Assembly: GCA_964016885.1 (NCBI GenBank)
Contig: OZ024743.1
Span: 203,050,001 to 203,114,000, forward strand
DNA length: 64,000 bases
Source: Eledone cirrhosa
Lineage: Eukaryota
Reading direction: 5' to 3'
The position numbers and the translations under genes were made by a program. Positions 28,430 through 40,968 of this stretch are shown here, one piece after another. Every line of letters begins with the position of its first letter. Positions within the stretch are counted from its first letter, which is position 1. The notes below the pieces were generated by a model. It worked only from the letters and a program-made list of their open reading frames with translations, did not search any database and had not been told where the DNA came from.

Positions 28430-29300
28430 TATATTTGGTTGGACAGAAATTTCTCGCCGTCTTTCAAACTGTTGGTGCCGCTGACATTTTATAGCATTAG
28501 GAACATTTTAGAAGTCAAAACAATCGCCATCATTTCTGCCCTTATTGATGAAGGCACATGATTCCATCCCTGTAGAATTCTTCTGCCTTCGATGCAAAGA
28601 ATTACGTCAGCCAATGATATAACTGTTCTCCATTGGCGAAAGTTTTTGATTTTATTTCATTGCTCATTAAGAGGAAAATGTGATACCGTGTAGGTACGAG
28701 GTCCTCGATATATGCGACCGAACGTTTTCATGTAGGAGTCAAAGAGTAACATGGTGTGGGAGCACCTGTGCGATTTTCGACGCTAATCTGTCAAGACTTC
28801 GGCAATAGACGTCAGAGGTTCTGCTGGAGTTCAGTGGTAGCAGCTCTTAGTAGATGAAAACTTTTCTGTCTCACCATCCCTTACTAGCTGTTGTGAGGCA
28901 CTCTCTTTTTTAAGCCACAATGACTTGCACTTGACGTTAATGTAGAGACATTTCTCATCACCATTTATATGGAATGTAACCAGTTGGTTGTGTGATGATA
29001 GGAGAGCATAGATGTCACTGCTGCCGCCCGAAATCCACGATTATGTTCAGTCGGTTTTGGGGACACACATTTGTGCAGCTTGGACACTTTCCATAATGAA
29101 TGCAAGTAAATGATGATGGTTGTTTCGATGTCCGAAGCAATTTGGAAAGTTGACGTGATGTCTAGCGTGGCTAGGCTTCCACCAGCTAACGTCGTTGCTC
29201 GACAAAACAGAAGCCTGTCAACTAGTCCCTGAAACTATGTTCAGACATGGTGTGAGACCCAAATGCAATGTTAAAGTGTTCTTCGGGGAAAGGAAAGTAT
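28430..29300 (-). mobile_element. Mariner transposon relic
   Basis: Fragments GDEKCLYINVKCKSLW (cf. TGDEKW) and FFASKAEEFYRDGI; TIR-like tatttggttggacagaaa at 28432. Confidence 0.65.
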
Positions 29301-31852
29301 TTTTATGCGCGTGGGTGTATGTTCGATTGGATTGAAATAGCGTGTAGGCGCGTGGGCGGATGTGGAGATAATTGACTATTAGGCACATAACGGAACTTTG
29401 GTGACATAAGGAGAGTTAATAAAATGTGCATCATTGAGAGAATTCTCAAAAATTGTATTGTCACTGGATGTGTTCGAAAGCATGATAGATGTATAAAGAA
29501 AAGTGGTTATCAGTTTGATAATCCAGAAGAAAGGGAACACGCATACCAAGTCATAAACACTCGATATGAATCTATGAAATAAACAGGTTATCAAACACGC
29601 AAACAATTTAATCAAAAAGTTTCCTCAAATTTATTTTCTTTTTCTCTTCGCATTTCTCTCGAAAATGATAGTTGATGTCAGCCGGAAAAATTTGGAAAAA
29701 ATATAAACAGAGTGAACTTTGATTACAGGATGAAAAGATGAAGGAAAAGACTCTGGTATTTCAAAATGAATGGTAGTCAAAATGAAGAGTAAAGGAATGA
29801 TAAAATTTAGGAAAGGGTGGGGAAGAGAGCGGCTTAACAAAGCAAACGAACAAATAGTTCTTCAAAACATCCCTTTTTAATTCTTTCTTTCTCCTTCTCC
29901 TTTCCATTCTTTCTTCCGTCATCATCCAAACCATCATCGTTTTCTTATTCTTCCTCTTTCTCTCCATCTTTGCATTCTTCATTTCTCTGTTGCACATTCT
30001 TCAAATAATTAGAATAACAATGAAATTTAATATTCATTAATGTTTAGAAATACGTTTCGTTGTTTTTTGTTTTTTTTTGTTGTTGTTGATGATGGTGGTG
30101 GTGGTGATGGCGGGGTGGTGGTGGTGATGGTTTGTATTCGAAGCGATTTTGCAATCATTACAGAGATGAGATATTAAAAATATATAAGAAAAGTAATGAA
30201 AAGAAAAAATAGAAATTTGTTATGAAATATCAACCTGAAAACTTGTAGCAATGCAATAGAAACTACTAAAGCAAAAACAATACCAGTAATGGCACTTTTC
30301 TTAATGAATTATATTTGAGAACCACAAAAAACAGTTGATAAGGCTTCAAACGACTAACTGAAGATTCTATTATGTTGAGTGCCACACTTGTGTTTTGCTT
30401 TATACATGGTCATGACAGTCAACGTACAAGAACATTAGTCCAAGTCTTGTACTTGTAGAGATAATTATAATATGGAATGAATCACCATGGTATATATGGC
30501 AAGCTGCGAAACCCAACAGTTGTTTTTTCATTAGATGTTTCTGAGAGCACGATACGAAAGATTAATGGCTATGTTTTTTCTAGAATTAATTCTAGCTAAC
30601 TTTTGCATAAGACACATAGGTAGACAGAGAACTCTAGTGGGCTGACATCCTGAAATATCAAATTTGGGCAAAAATGGTTATTGCGGTACCAGTTCGACAC
30701 GGTATAATTAAATATATACGAACATTAACTCACAACATAAGCATTAATAATATGTAAAACAGTGTGACAATTTCATTGTTACTACTATAATTGATAGGGT
30801 TCATATTCATAGGAGTTGTGTATATTCTAGTGAATATTTGGCTAATATATATCTAATGAGATAAAGATAATGGTAAAAAATCGACTTAAAATTGTTTTTC
30901 CTTCAATATAAAATGGACATGTATACTTCTATGCCTATTATTCAATGTTTATATTTATATGCACCTCACTATTACCATCACACCGTGGAAATGTTCTCTG
31001 TGCCTTGTTTAGGATTATTTTCAAGGGAATTGTTCTGGTAAGCTTTACTCTTAGTTATCACGTCTTTGACCACTAAGAACACGACCAACACCACTATCAT
31101 ACATCCATCCCTACAAATACCACCACTACAACTGCCATCACTAACATTAAAGACGGCACATGATGGTGCAGTGTGGCTTTTTTTTAAAAGAAATTATGTA
31201 ACAAAAGCTAAAAAAACTAAACGTTTGAAATATTGTGGAGAAAGCCCACAAACAAGCACGATCACTTTGATCCTAGGGCAAGTACTCTCTCTCAGTTGTC
31301 ATCAAATTTACAGGCTATTCTCGCCACTCTCACATAACATTCAAAAAATTGGTTGGTAGGGAACACATCCCAACCAATTTGTTGAATGTTGTGTGAGAAT
31401 GGCGAGGACTGCCACTCCACTCTGATTTTCTCAACTGAAACCTGAAAAAGTTAATCAGGGCTTCGCCGAATAGGAGACTGCTCTATAAAACGACAAGGTG
31501 GTGTTTTCATCGATCGTACTACCCGACTGACAGTGAGTTGTGATCGCTTGAAGACATTCTAGTTTCCAAGTGTTACCTGCTGGTCTTCGATTGAACCACG
31601 TCTGCAGCGTCGTGACGGAAGTGAGCTGAGAAGAAAACATCTCTAGTGAACGGCGACCACAACTGTTCATCGTCAATATCATATCCTCAGCGCATATTTG
31701 TGTACCATCAGCCAGTACTACAAATGATTCTAATACTAATACAAATACTGCTTCGGTTGTAGTTACTGCAGCTACATAAAACTACTAATGTTTCTACTGC
31801 CAGTAACAAGGCTACTGCTGCGGCTTTTGGTAGTTTGTTGCTGCTGCTGCTG

Positions 31853-31853
31853 G

Positions 31854-31922
<69 letters not shown>

Positions 31923-31955
31923 GACGACGACGACGACGACTACTTCTACTACTGC
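31853..31955. repeat. (TAC)n/(GAC)n trinucleotide microsatellite
   Basis: Direct inspection. Confidence 0.95.
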
Positions 31956-32299
31956 TGCTTCTATTTCTGATAGTAGTGATTTGGGTGAAGGTATAAGTAT
32001 TTGCAATCAAAAATCTGAAATGTTCTGCAAAGCAAATTACGAGGAGATTTTCCTTGTCAAACATCTAATTGTGGCACTGCTGAAGAGAATTCTAAACATG
32101 GCATCAACAATAACATCAACAACAACAATAATATTCAGTGATATTTCCTTATGGTTAAAAAGATATTGCAATATTGAAAATATCATTGTGTAACATAGTT
32201 TACTATCATAAAGATAAATACATGCACTTGTAGTTTTTGTGATTCTCTCTCTCTCACTCACTCTCTCTCTCTCTCTGCATATATATATATATATATATA

Positions 32300-33150
32300 T
32301 ATTCACCCTACATACCCCCCCCCGGGCCTGAACTCCCCACCCCTATTCCTTTAGCCTTCGACCGCCCTGTTCTCCCCCTCCCACGACACACACATTTCCC
32401 CCACTAACACCACTAACACACTCCTCCTTTTCACCACCCACCCCACAACTAACAATACTAACACCCCCACCCCACAAAAGACCACCTTTCCCCAACTAAC
32501 AATACTAACATCCCTCCTTTCTTCTCCCTGTCCCCCTCCCCTTATCACGCACACACCCACCGGTACATATATACACGCATTCACACTAACCACACACCCT
32601 ACTACCAGCACTAACCCTCACACCCACACATCCACTCCCACCACCCCACAACCAATACCACTAACACCCCCGACCCCACGCACACGAACGCACCCACCCA
32701 CCCACACCCACTTACACAAGCCACTCTACACACCCTACCATCAATGACCCCCACTAACACCCGCATTCAACCCTTTCCCCACCACCAGTATACTAACACC
32801 TCCTTCACCACACTCACACTCATCCAAACACGCACACACACACCAGTACACTCCCTCCACCGGCCCCCACACCTGTCTCTCCCCCTCCCCGCTCCACCCA
32901 CACCCATTCTCACACACACACACACACATCCCACTAACACCTCTACTAATACACACACCCTCCACATACCACCTTTCACACCTACCCATCCTCTCCCCTG
33001 TCCACCGCACCTCCGCACACACTGACACACCGACTTGCTCCACCTGCCATCCTCCCGACTGCTGCTATGCCCTGAATCCCTGACCACCTCTCCGCACACA
33101 CAGACACACAACCCTTCTCCTGCCTTGACCCTCTGACCACTTCCTGTATA
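32300..33150. repeat. C/A-rich low-complexity tract with recurrent actaacac motif
   Basis: Strong strand skew; actaac(ac) recurs about ten times. Confidence 0.75.
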
Positions 33151-33208
33151 CTTATATCTGTGTTATACTTATATCTCTCATATATTCAAATATATATATA
33201 TATATACA

Positions 33209-33302
33209 AGTGGTTACACAACAGTTAGTTCACCATACCTAACTCGTCCCACGGACTGAGTGCTCTACCACTACGGATATTACCTTCCAGTGTTCTACCA
33301 CT
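33209..33302. mobile_element. PLE family B mini-insert (inverted short arm plus tail)
   Basis: 33209-33239 matches 34634-34664; 33237-33302 is the reverse complement of 34565-34631. Confidence 0.85.
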
Positions 33303-33312
33303 ATATATATAT

Positions 33313-33430
33313 AACGAAGGAAATGTGGTAAGGAACCAGGTGGACCATAACGCACCAAAGTACTCAATACTTGAGGTAGTAGAGTGGGTAATAGGAACCA
33401 GTAAGACCCCGGGGTCTTACTGGTTCCTAT
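33313..33430. mobile_element. PLE family A mini-insert with palindromic junction
   Basis: Reverse complement of 49146-49243, followed by a 20-bp inverted arm. Confidence 0.9.
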
Positions 33431-33456
33431 ATATATATATATATATATACATATAT

Positions 33457-33585
33457 ATGAAAATATTCAGGACCCCGACGGCTAAGCTCCGCCCATTTCG
33501 ACAGATATTACCCACTCTACTACGCCACGTGTCGAGTATTCTGGTGGGTTATGATCTAGCTGGGTTTTACCACACCCTATCTGAT
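33457..33585. mobile_element. PLE family A-related mini-insert
   Basis: Homologous to 62035-62245: inverted HHR half plus tail ending accacaccctatctg. Confidence 0.8.
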
Positions 33586-33595
33586 ATATATATAT

Positions 33596-33733
33596 ATCAC
33601 ATAATAAACGGAGAATCAGTGTTGCGACGAATAATTTTCCGTTTCTTATGTGATGTCATACTCTACTTTGTAAGAGCATCGAGTGCTCAAACGGCATACC
33701 GCTTACGGATGCTTTAAGCATCCCACACCAATT
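33596..33733. mobile_element. PLE-like mini-insert of a further family (E)
   Basis: atcacataataaacggagaat / attttccgtttcttatgtgat inverted arms, then a tail with actc…gagtgctc; (AT)n on both sides. Confidence 0.65.
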
Positions 33734-33779
33734 ATATATATATATATATATAAATGTAAAAGTGATTTTTTTAAATATT

Positions 33780-33960
33780 AATAATTGTTTCTACTTTTGG
33801 CACAAGGCCAGCAATTATCCAGCGCATTACTGGTACTTTATTTTATCGACCCCGTAAGGATGAAAGGCAAAGTCAACCTCGGCGGGATTTGAACTCAGAT
33901 CGTTAAGGGACGTAACTATGCTGGAAAGCATGGCGTCCGACCCTCTACCGATACTGCCAA
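33780..33960 (-). mobile_element. tRNA-derived SINE
   Basis: A and B boxes (tggcagtatcgg, gagttcaaatccc); core gcctttcatccttacggggtcgataaaataaagtaccag. Confidence 0.88.
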
Positions 33961-34082
33961 GCATTAATAATAATATTAGATTTGTTTCCAATTATGCAAA
34001 CAGACTCTTTAAAGCCATGTCAGTAGAAAGAGCCCCTTATACTTCGGCTTGTGTTGACATATAAATCAGATAAAGCTATTTG

Positions 34083-34168
<86 letters not shown>

Positions 34169-34194
34169 TGTATATACATATATATATTGTGATG

Positions 34195-34450
34195 TCATGA
34201 GTTAGATTCCCGGACCGGGGATGCGTTGCGTGTATGAGCCAGACATTATTTTCACGTCAATCCAGTTCCCTCAGCTTCGCAAGTGAGTTGCGACGACTCT
34301 GGTGCCAAGCTGTGTTGGCCTTCGCCTTTTCCTTAGCTATCGGTGGTGTGGAGAGGGAAGGTATGCATGAGTGAGTGCTGGTCTTAAACAAGGACACCTT
34401 GGGTGTGCTTATGCCTCGGCGGGAACCTTTTACGCATAAAATCCATTGTC
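34195..34450 (+). mobile_element. Second SINE family, degraded
   Basis: B-box-like gagttagattccc followed by a CORE/V-like …gagccagaca…ccagttccctcagct…agtgagt segment. Confidence 0.45.
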
Positions 34451-34498
34451 ATTCATGTGACTGCAGTGATTTTTTTACACTTTTGCCTCTATATATAT

Positions 34499-34568
<70 letters not shown>

Positions 34569-34662
34569 GTGGAACACTGGAAGGTAATATCCGTAGTGGT
34601 AGAGCACTCAGTCTAAGGGACGAGTTAGGTAGAGGTGGTTACACAACAGTTAGTTCACCATA

Positions 34663-34702
34663 CCGAGAACAATTGTTTCACCTTAGCGGATCTTCAGCTC
34701 AG
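34663..34702 (-). ncRNA. Minimal hammerhead ribozyme
   Basis: ctgag CTGAAGA t-cc(gctaa)gg-t GAAAC aatt GTT ctcgg; ACAAUUGU palindrome. The partner at 36185-36221 has a 3-nt deletion in stem III. Confidence 0.8.
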
Positions 34703-35286
34703 GATGTACATGGTTATAGGAACATGAAGGACAACCGTACGAACGCGTCACGGTATATTCCCGTGTGGATGTCCGGGAATCTAACATGTAATATGTCTAA
34801 GATAAAAAGCCTAACCAAGTTACATACGTCAGCACTGTCAAACGATCCCATGGAGACGTCGAGCAGGTCCGAAGATGTAGACTTGTTTGGCCTTTTTATC
34901 TTAGACATATTACGTGTTAGATTCCCGGAATTCCACACGTGAATATACCGTGATGATGGACTGACTTTATCGAGACATAAAAGTGGTGACGACGTCGACA
35001 GGTTTAAAAAAGACTTAGCTTCTACTTTCAATGAGTTAGGCCTTAGGATAACAGTAGCCACCAACCCCTCTCTAGCGTAAATTTCTTAGACATTAATTTA
35101 GACCTTCGCACACCCACCCACAGACCCTTCCATAAGCTAAACGAGAAACTTAATTACATTCACAAGGACTCATGCCATCCTCCCACTGTTTTTAGAAACT
35201 TCGTTAAGAATATCAGTACTAGAATCTCAAAACTCTCCTCTAATAAGGCTATCTTTGACAGGGCGGTACCCTACTATAACACGGCG

Positions 35287-35934
35287 TTGGCTAACAGCGG
35301 CTTCTCACAACCTATCACTTACTCTCCCACTAGCAACAAAACCATTAACAATAGACAAACTATCTTGTTCTCTCCTCCCTTCTCACTCAACGTTAAAACC
35401 AATGTAGGAAAAATATTTCTAGCCCTCTTGGATAGACACTTCCCCATAGGCCATAAATACCACTCCATCTTTAACCGACACAAAGTTAAACTAGGATACT
35501 CCTGCGCTAAGAACATAAAGGCCCACATCACCAGCAGCCCTAGGAGAAACACACCACCAGGGTACTCTTGCTGTAAGCCTGAAGCTTGCCCCCTTCAAAA
35601 AAATTGCAACACACCAGCTTTAATCTATGAAGCTGTGGTCACTTCCAACCGACCAAACGAACCACAGTATGTCAAATCCTATGTGGGCATGGCGGAGGGC
35701 CGATTCAAGGAGCGTTTCCTGAACCACCAGTCTACCTTCACAGACCCGGACCGACATTCATCCACGAAACTCGCAAGCCACGTATGGTCCCTCAAGGACT
35801 CAAGTATAGGCTACTGCATTCAATGGAAAGCCATCACTATATCCAAGCCATACGTAAGGGGAAATCCGACGTGTGGCTTATGTATTGACGAACGAATAAC
35901 TATCCTAAAGAGTTACGCAATAGTGATTGCCTAA
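35287..35934 (+). pseudogene. PLE linker plus GIY-YIG endonuclease fragment
   Basis: FSPPFSLNVKTNVGKIFL…IYEA…YVG…R…H…CGLC. Confidence 0.9.
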
Positions 35935-36249
35935 ACACGAGAAGTGAATTTTTCACACGTTGTCCATCGTCACCAAACATCTATTGCATAACTACAAGGC
36001 TCCGGATTGATTCTGTGTAATTTTATTTTTAATTTTATTTTAATTTTATTTTCAACCTAAAACTTTCCGGACTTTCGCGTTTATCTCCCTTACATCTCTC
36101 GCACGCAGTCTAGTATTGCCTGTGTGAAGTGATCGAGTTTCTGCGCATGCGTGTTCGTACGGTTGTCCTATAACCATGCACATCCCGAGCTGAAGATCCG
36201 CTAAGGTGAAACAATTCTCGGTATGGTGAACTAACTGTTGTGTAACCAC

Positions 36250-36376
<127 letters not shown>

Positions 36377-36377
36377 C

Positions 36378-36408
<31 letters not shown>

Positions 36409-37509
36409 TGGAAAGTTCTAAGTTTCCAAGCCGTGATTGATTATGTAGTTCATAGAAAATACACCAGATAATTGTATATACAATCGCTTGTCACAGGGAG
36501 GATAGTTTAGTAATTCGGGTAAAATCTCATTTTAGATGGAATAAGTGGCCAGCGACTGCGATGAGCAATCGAACCTATCATATCTTAGATGCAGTCTGAG
36601 TGCTATAGCCATTGAGCTATATATGGAAATTCCTCAATGAGGCAATGAAGCCTTCGAAGATAAAAGACTACTGTGAGATGATGCATTCAAATAAGTAAAT
36701 CAAACATTTTCATTTTTTTTAACACACTGATTGAAAGGTTTTGAAAGCACAAATCTTTGTGTCTTTTCTTAAGTCACAATCTTTTATTTAAAGAGGAAAT
36801 GAACATCTCATACATTATATCTTTTAACTTAACAATACAAGGACTGTCGCATAGAATTGGAGAGGATATCAATATATCAGCTGTAAAAGAAGTTATAGAA
36901 ACTGTTTAAAAGGGCTTTGAACCTATCCTGACGTTTATCCTTTTGATTAATAATAGAGTAAACTGCCGTATTTACGTGACTGTGGATGTTGAAAAGACGA
37001 TAAGGTCGCCCAAGTAAACTTTCGCTCTATTTAGACATAGAACACAAACAACCTGAATTCTTTCACCTCGAACTAATGAAAAAGTAATTTTTTGTGTAAT
37101 ACAGAAGAAAACCAAACAATTAAAGAGATAAGAGGTGTTATTATGTGCACATAAAACGAAGAGAGAGAGAGGGGGGGGGCAGAACGAGTAGCGAAACCGG
37201 CATCAAGATTAGAAGTAGTGACATTTAAAGAGAAACATTTAAATATATGTATATATAGAGATAGATAGATAGATAGATAAATTTCTATTTATTGACACGA
37301 GGGCACAAAAGAAGAGGACAAATACAAGGGGGGGGGGGGAGGGGGGAGTTTACACAAAAGAACGAGTAAAATACAAATAACAAATATAAAATTAACAATA
37401 AAGTCCTCAAAAAAGAGGAGGCGTTTTGGGGGGTCGCACACAGCCCCGAAAAAGTGTGCAACCCTTCTCCTCAGGAGCACAGAGAGAGGGTGCTCCCTTG
37501 TTCTTCCAT

Positions 37510-40500
37510 CTTTTCACCTACAGGCTGATATAGAGAGAATGTCCATTCACACGGGCCATTATCGCCACTTTCACCCACCTTTCGTAAAACTGGCTGGGGT
37601 AGAGCACCACTCTCTCCATCCTGATCCTTCTTCCGAAATGATATCAGAAGAAAAGGACCTGTTGTTGGCCGGAGAGAAAGGTGCCCGACCTCAGCCCTTT
37701 CAAACGCGTCCACCATACAACATCTTTCACCATGGCTGTTACGCACAGAAACACCGCCTCTCCTTCATTTTTGAAGGGAGGAGGCGGCTTGATCGTTATA
37801 ATGGACTCGGTGGTCAACCGGATAGATCCCACCCGTGACAGCAGTCGTTCGACATAGCCACACAGATCGGCGACGCCCGGGCAGTGTACCAATGCATGCG
37901 CGACGGTTTCCTCGTCGCGCACGCATTTGGGACAGATGTTTTTCGAGGGGTCCCTACCCGGGCGCCCGTGTCTGTAGAGCTTTTCTCGAACGGGCAGAGC
38001 CCCTCGGTAGCATTGCCAGGTCAGGGACCTCTGGAAGTTGTCCATAGGTCCCTGGCTAAATGTCCTACCGAACAGGCTGGCCAGTTCGTCTTCCTCCATA
38101 TCTAGGGCTTCTCCGAGGGCGTCGTCGCACCTGTTACGCACCAGCCCTCTATAGAATGTCCCCTCACTGATAGCCGGGTCCGCCTGCCAGAGAGCCGTAG
38201 GCGCCTGGGCACACTCATTGTTTCCAGGCGCCCAGTTTTCTCGGTCTTTGCTTGACCCACGATTGCAGCTCGGTGAGTGAGACGAGTCTCGGAAAGGTTC
38301 GTCTCAAAAACGGGGCCCTCACCGGTTGACCGGTGAGGAATACCTGGAGGTGCCGTAGCCTTAATGCGTATTTACGCATCAGCAGCCACGGCTTCCCCAG
38401 CCCTCCTTTCGAAGGGTGTTGACAGCAGATGGACCTCCTCACCAAAGGAGCCCGCTTCTTCCAAAGGAATTGGAAGAGTGCGCGCTCTACTTTGGTGAGC
38501 GTTTCCCTTGGGCAAGGCACGACGGTCAGGCGGTAGTAGATAACGGACGCTATATAAGTGTTCGCCACCTACGCCCGACCTTTCAGGGATAGTTTGCACT
38601 AGGCCCACTTCTGGGTCAGTGCAAACAACCTCTTCGTTACCTCACCCAGTTCTTCTCCACCTCGAGGTCTGGTCCGAACCAGACCCCGAGCAACTTCACC
38701 GGGCCCTCCGTCCAGCGTCCGACGACGCCATCGGAGGGCATTGGTTTTCCCCTCCACGTGCCGAGTTGCAAGCCGATCAACTTGTCCCGGTTCATCTAAG
38801 CCCCTGTAAACCTTTCGTACTCCTCCAGTAAGGTGCCGATCGCCCCGATTTCCGAGTCGGTCGACACCATTACTGTTACTTCATCGGCGTAGGCCGACAC
38901 CGCTTTCCGCAATCCCGGTTCCAAAGGGATGCCCTGCAACAACTCCAACTTCCGCAGCAGTGAATCGAGGGCCAATACATACAGAAGGGAGGAGAGAGGA
39001 CACTCCTGTCGGATGGACCGCGTATTTCGAACGACTCCGAGAGGTAGCCGTTCACCTTGATTCTAGAGCAGATGCGGCTGCTGTGCTTGGTAGTGATCCA
39101 GCCCCTGAAAACGGGACCGAAATTTGCCGCCGCTAGCACCGCATCCAGGTAACCATGGCCGACCCTATCGAACGCCTTAGATTGATCCAAGTTGATCAGG
39201 GCTCCACCAAAGCCGGGTTCGTTCCCAATCCTCTCTATGATGTATCGCATAATGTGGAGGTTGTCGTGGATGGACCTGAACGCGATAGCATATGTCTGCG
39301 CATCTGCCACCAGGTTGTCCACGACAAGGGCCAACCTCTTTGTTAACACTTTGGCCAAAATCTTTAACTCTGCATTTAGCATCGTTATGGGTCTGAAATT
39401 ACTTATTTCGTCCCCCTTCTTCTCGTCCTTCCTCACTAGCGAGACTACGCCCTTGGTAACAGAACAGGGAATTCTCCCGTTCTGTTTCCAGTTGCAGTAG
39501 ACCGCCTCGAGGAGATCGGGGAACAAGTCCGGCATAGCTAGATATAGTTTGGATGGAATACCATTGAGACCCGGGGATTTGCGTTTGCCGCATTTGCTCA
39601 GCACGTCCCCTATTTCAGCAGCTGAAATCGGCCCCTCGCAGGACTTCGCCTCCTCGTCCGAAAGACGCGGCAGGCCGTCGAGGTGTGGACCGAAGTCCAC
39701 ATCAACCCCCCCCCCCATCCCCACCGCTCCCTCCCGAACAATCGGACAAAGTGCCTTTGAAAAACCTCACACATCTGCTTAGGTTCAAGGATCACCCGTC
39801 TATCCTGGTCTCACAAAGACCGGATAGTGGATATCATCCTCCTTTTGGTTTCTGTCAAGCGGGCTCAGCTAACAGCTTTGGTCCCCTCGTTTCCTAGAAC
39901 ACGTATTTTGCTTCGGACAACGCAGCCTTCGTGCTTCGCGTCAAAGAACTGGCCGAGGGCCGTTCTCGACGCTAGCATTCTGGCCACGTTGCCGCTTCTA
40001 TTTACATCTTCTACACTATTTTCCTTCCTATTTCCATCTCAGGCTAACTCCTTACTAAATCCTATTGAAACTACTCTAATCTCTCCTTTGAGAGATCCCC
40101 ACCACCTGCTGTTGACGATCGCTCCCGTCAACCGCTCCTTAACTAAAGCACTAATCCGGTCCCTGTACACTTTACTTGCCGGTAAGGACAAGTTCAGTTT
40201 CCAGTAACCGTGTCCCTGTCTATGGGTTCTATCAAGGTTGAGTATGCAGGTCACTAATTTGTGATTCGAATAGCCAACTATGAGCATCTCAGGACAGCTT
40301 AAAAAATCCCTATCGTTATTTCTAACTAGGACCCTATCTAGGTTCGACCTAGATGATGCACTGCGGTTTGCCCAAATCCAGGTTGGCGTAGTCGGAAACT
40401 CTAGTCTATATTTATCGGCCAGGTCAAATCGTCCGATTAACTCCTTGAGGCTGTTACACCCCGCTCTAACGGGACATGCCCCTACATAGTCCCAACGTGC

Positions 40501-40941
40501 ATCTAGGATGCCATTCCAGTCTCCCACTAAAAGCAAGGAGCGGGACGTCCCTAGAAAAGTCTCCAGACGTTGGAAGAAGTCCGGCCGTGCTGACCCAAAA
40601 GGGGCGTAGGCGGCGACCAGCCTAAAGGGTCCGCCTTCACCACTGCCAACGTCTAAAACCACCAGTCGACCCTCCGGGTCCAGGTGTACCGTCTGTGCGG
40701 CGAACCCAGATGTTTTTGCAGCAGAACGACAACCCCACCCCAACATCTGGGCTGACAGAGAGATGCGTGCATATCAAAGTCGTCAAAAGTGGGGGATAGC
40801 TGGCGCACGCTGCTTATCCGGGCCTCGCAAATGACCATCACATTTATACAGCGTGACCTGAGGTCATTTAGAAGTTTTGCTCGCTTCCAATATGAGCCCA
40901 GGCCACGCGCATTTAGACAAGCCACTCTCTATACACCCATG
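37510..40941 (-). pseudogene. LINE ORF2 (APE endonuclease, reverse transcriptase, C-terminal Zn motif), frameshifted
   Basis: ACLNARGL, ICEAR, VGDWNG, NLDRV, GYWKLN, KSPGLNGIP, NFRPITMLN, LDQSKAFDRV, YADE, CPKC…HALVHCP spread over ORFs 37644-40925. Confidence 0.93.
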
Positions 40942-40968
40942 TTCGTGGTAAAGAGAAAAAGGAGGCAC

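Noticed and set aside
33189-33752. CRISPR-like repeat-spacer appearance
   Set aside because: The repeats are variable (AT)n, the spacers are PLE ends, the context is eukaryotic and there are no cas genes.
34403-35064. Two overlapping opposite-strand ORFs with internally repeated peptides
   Set aside because: A product of the inverted duplication of PLE RT sequence.
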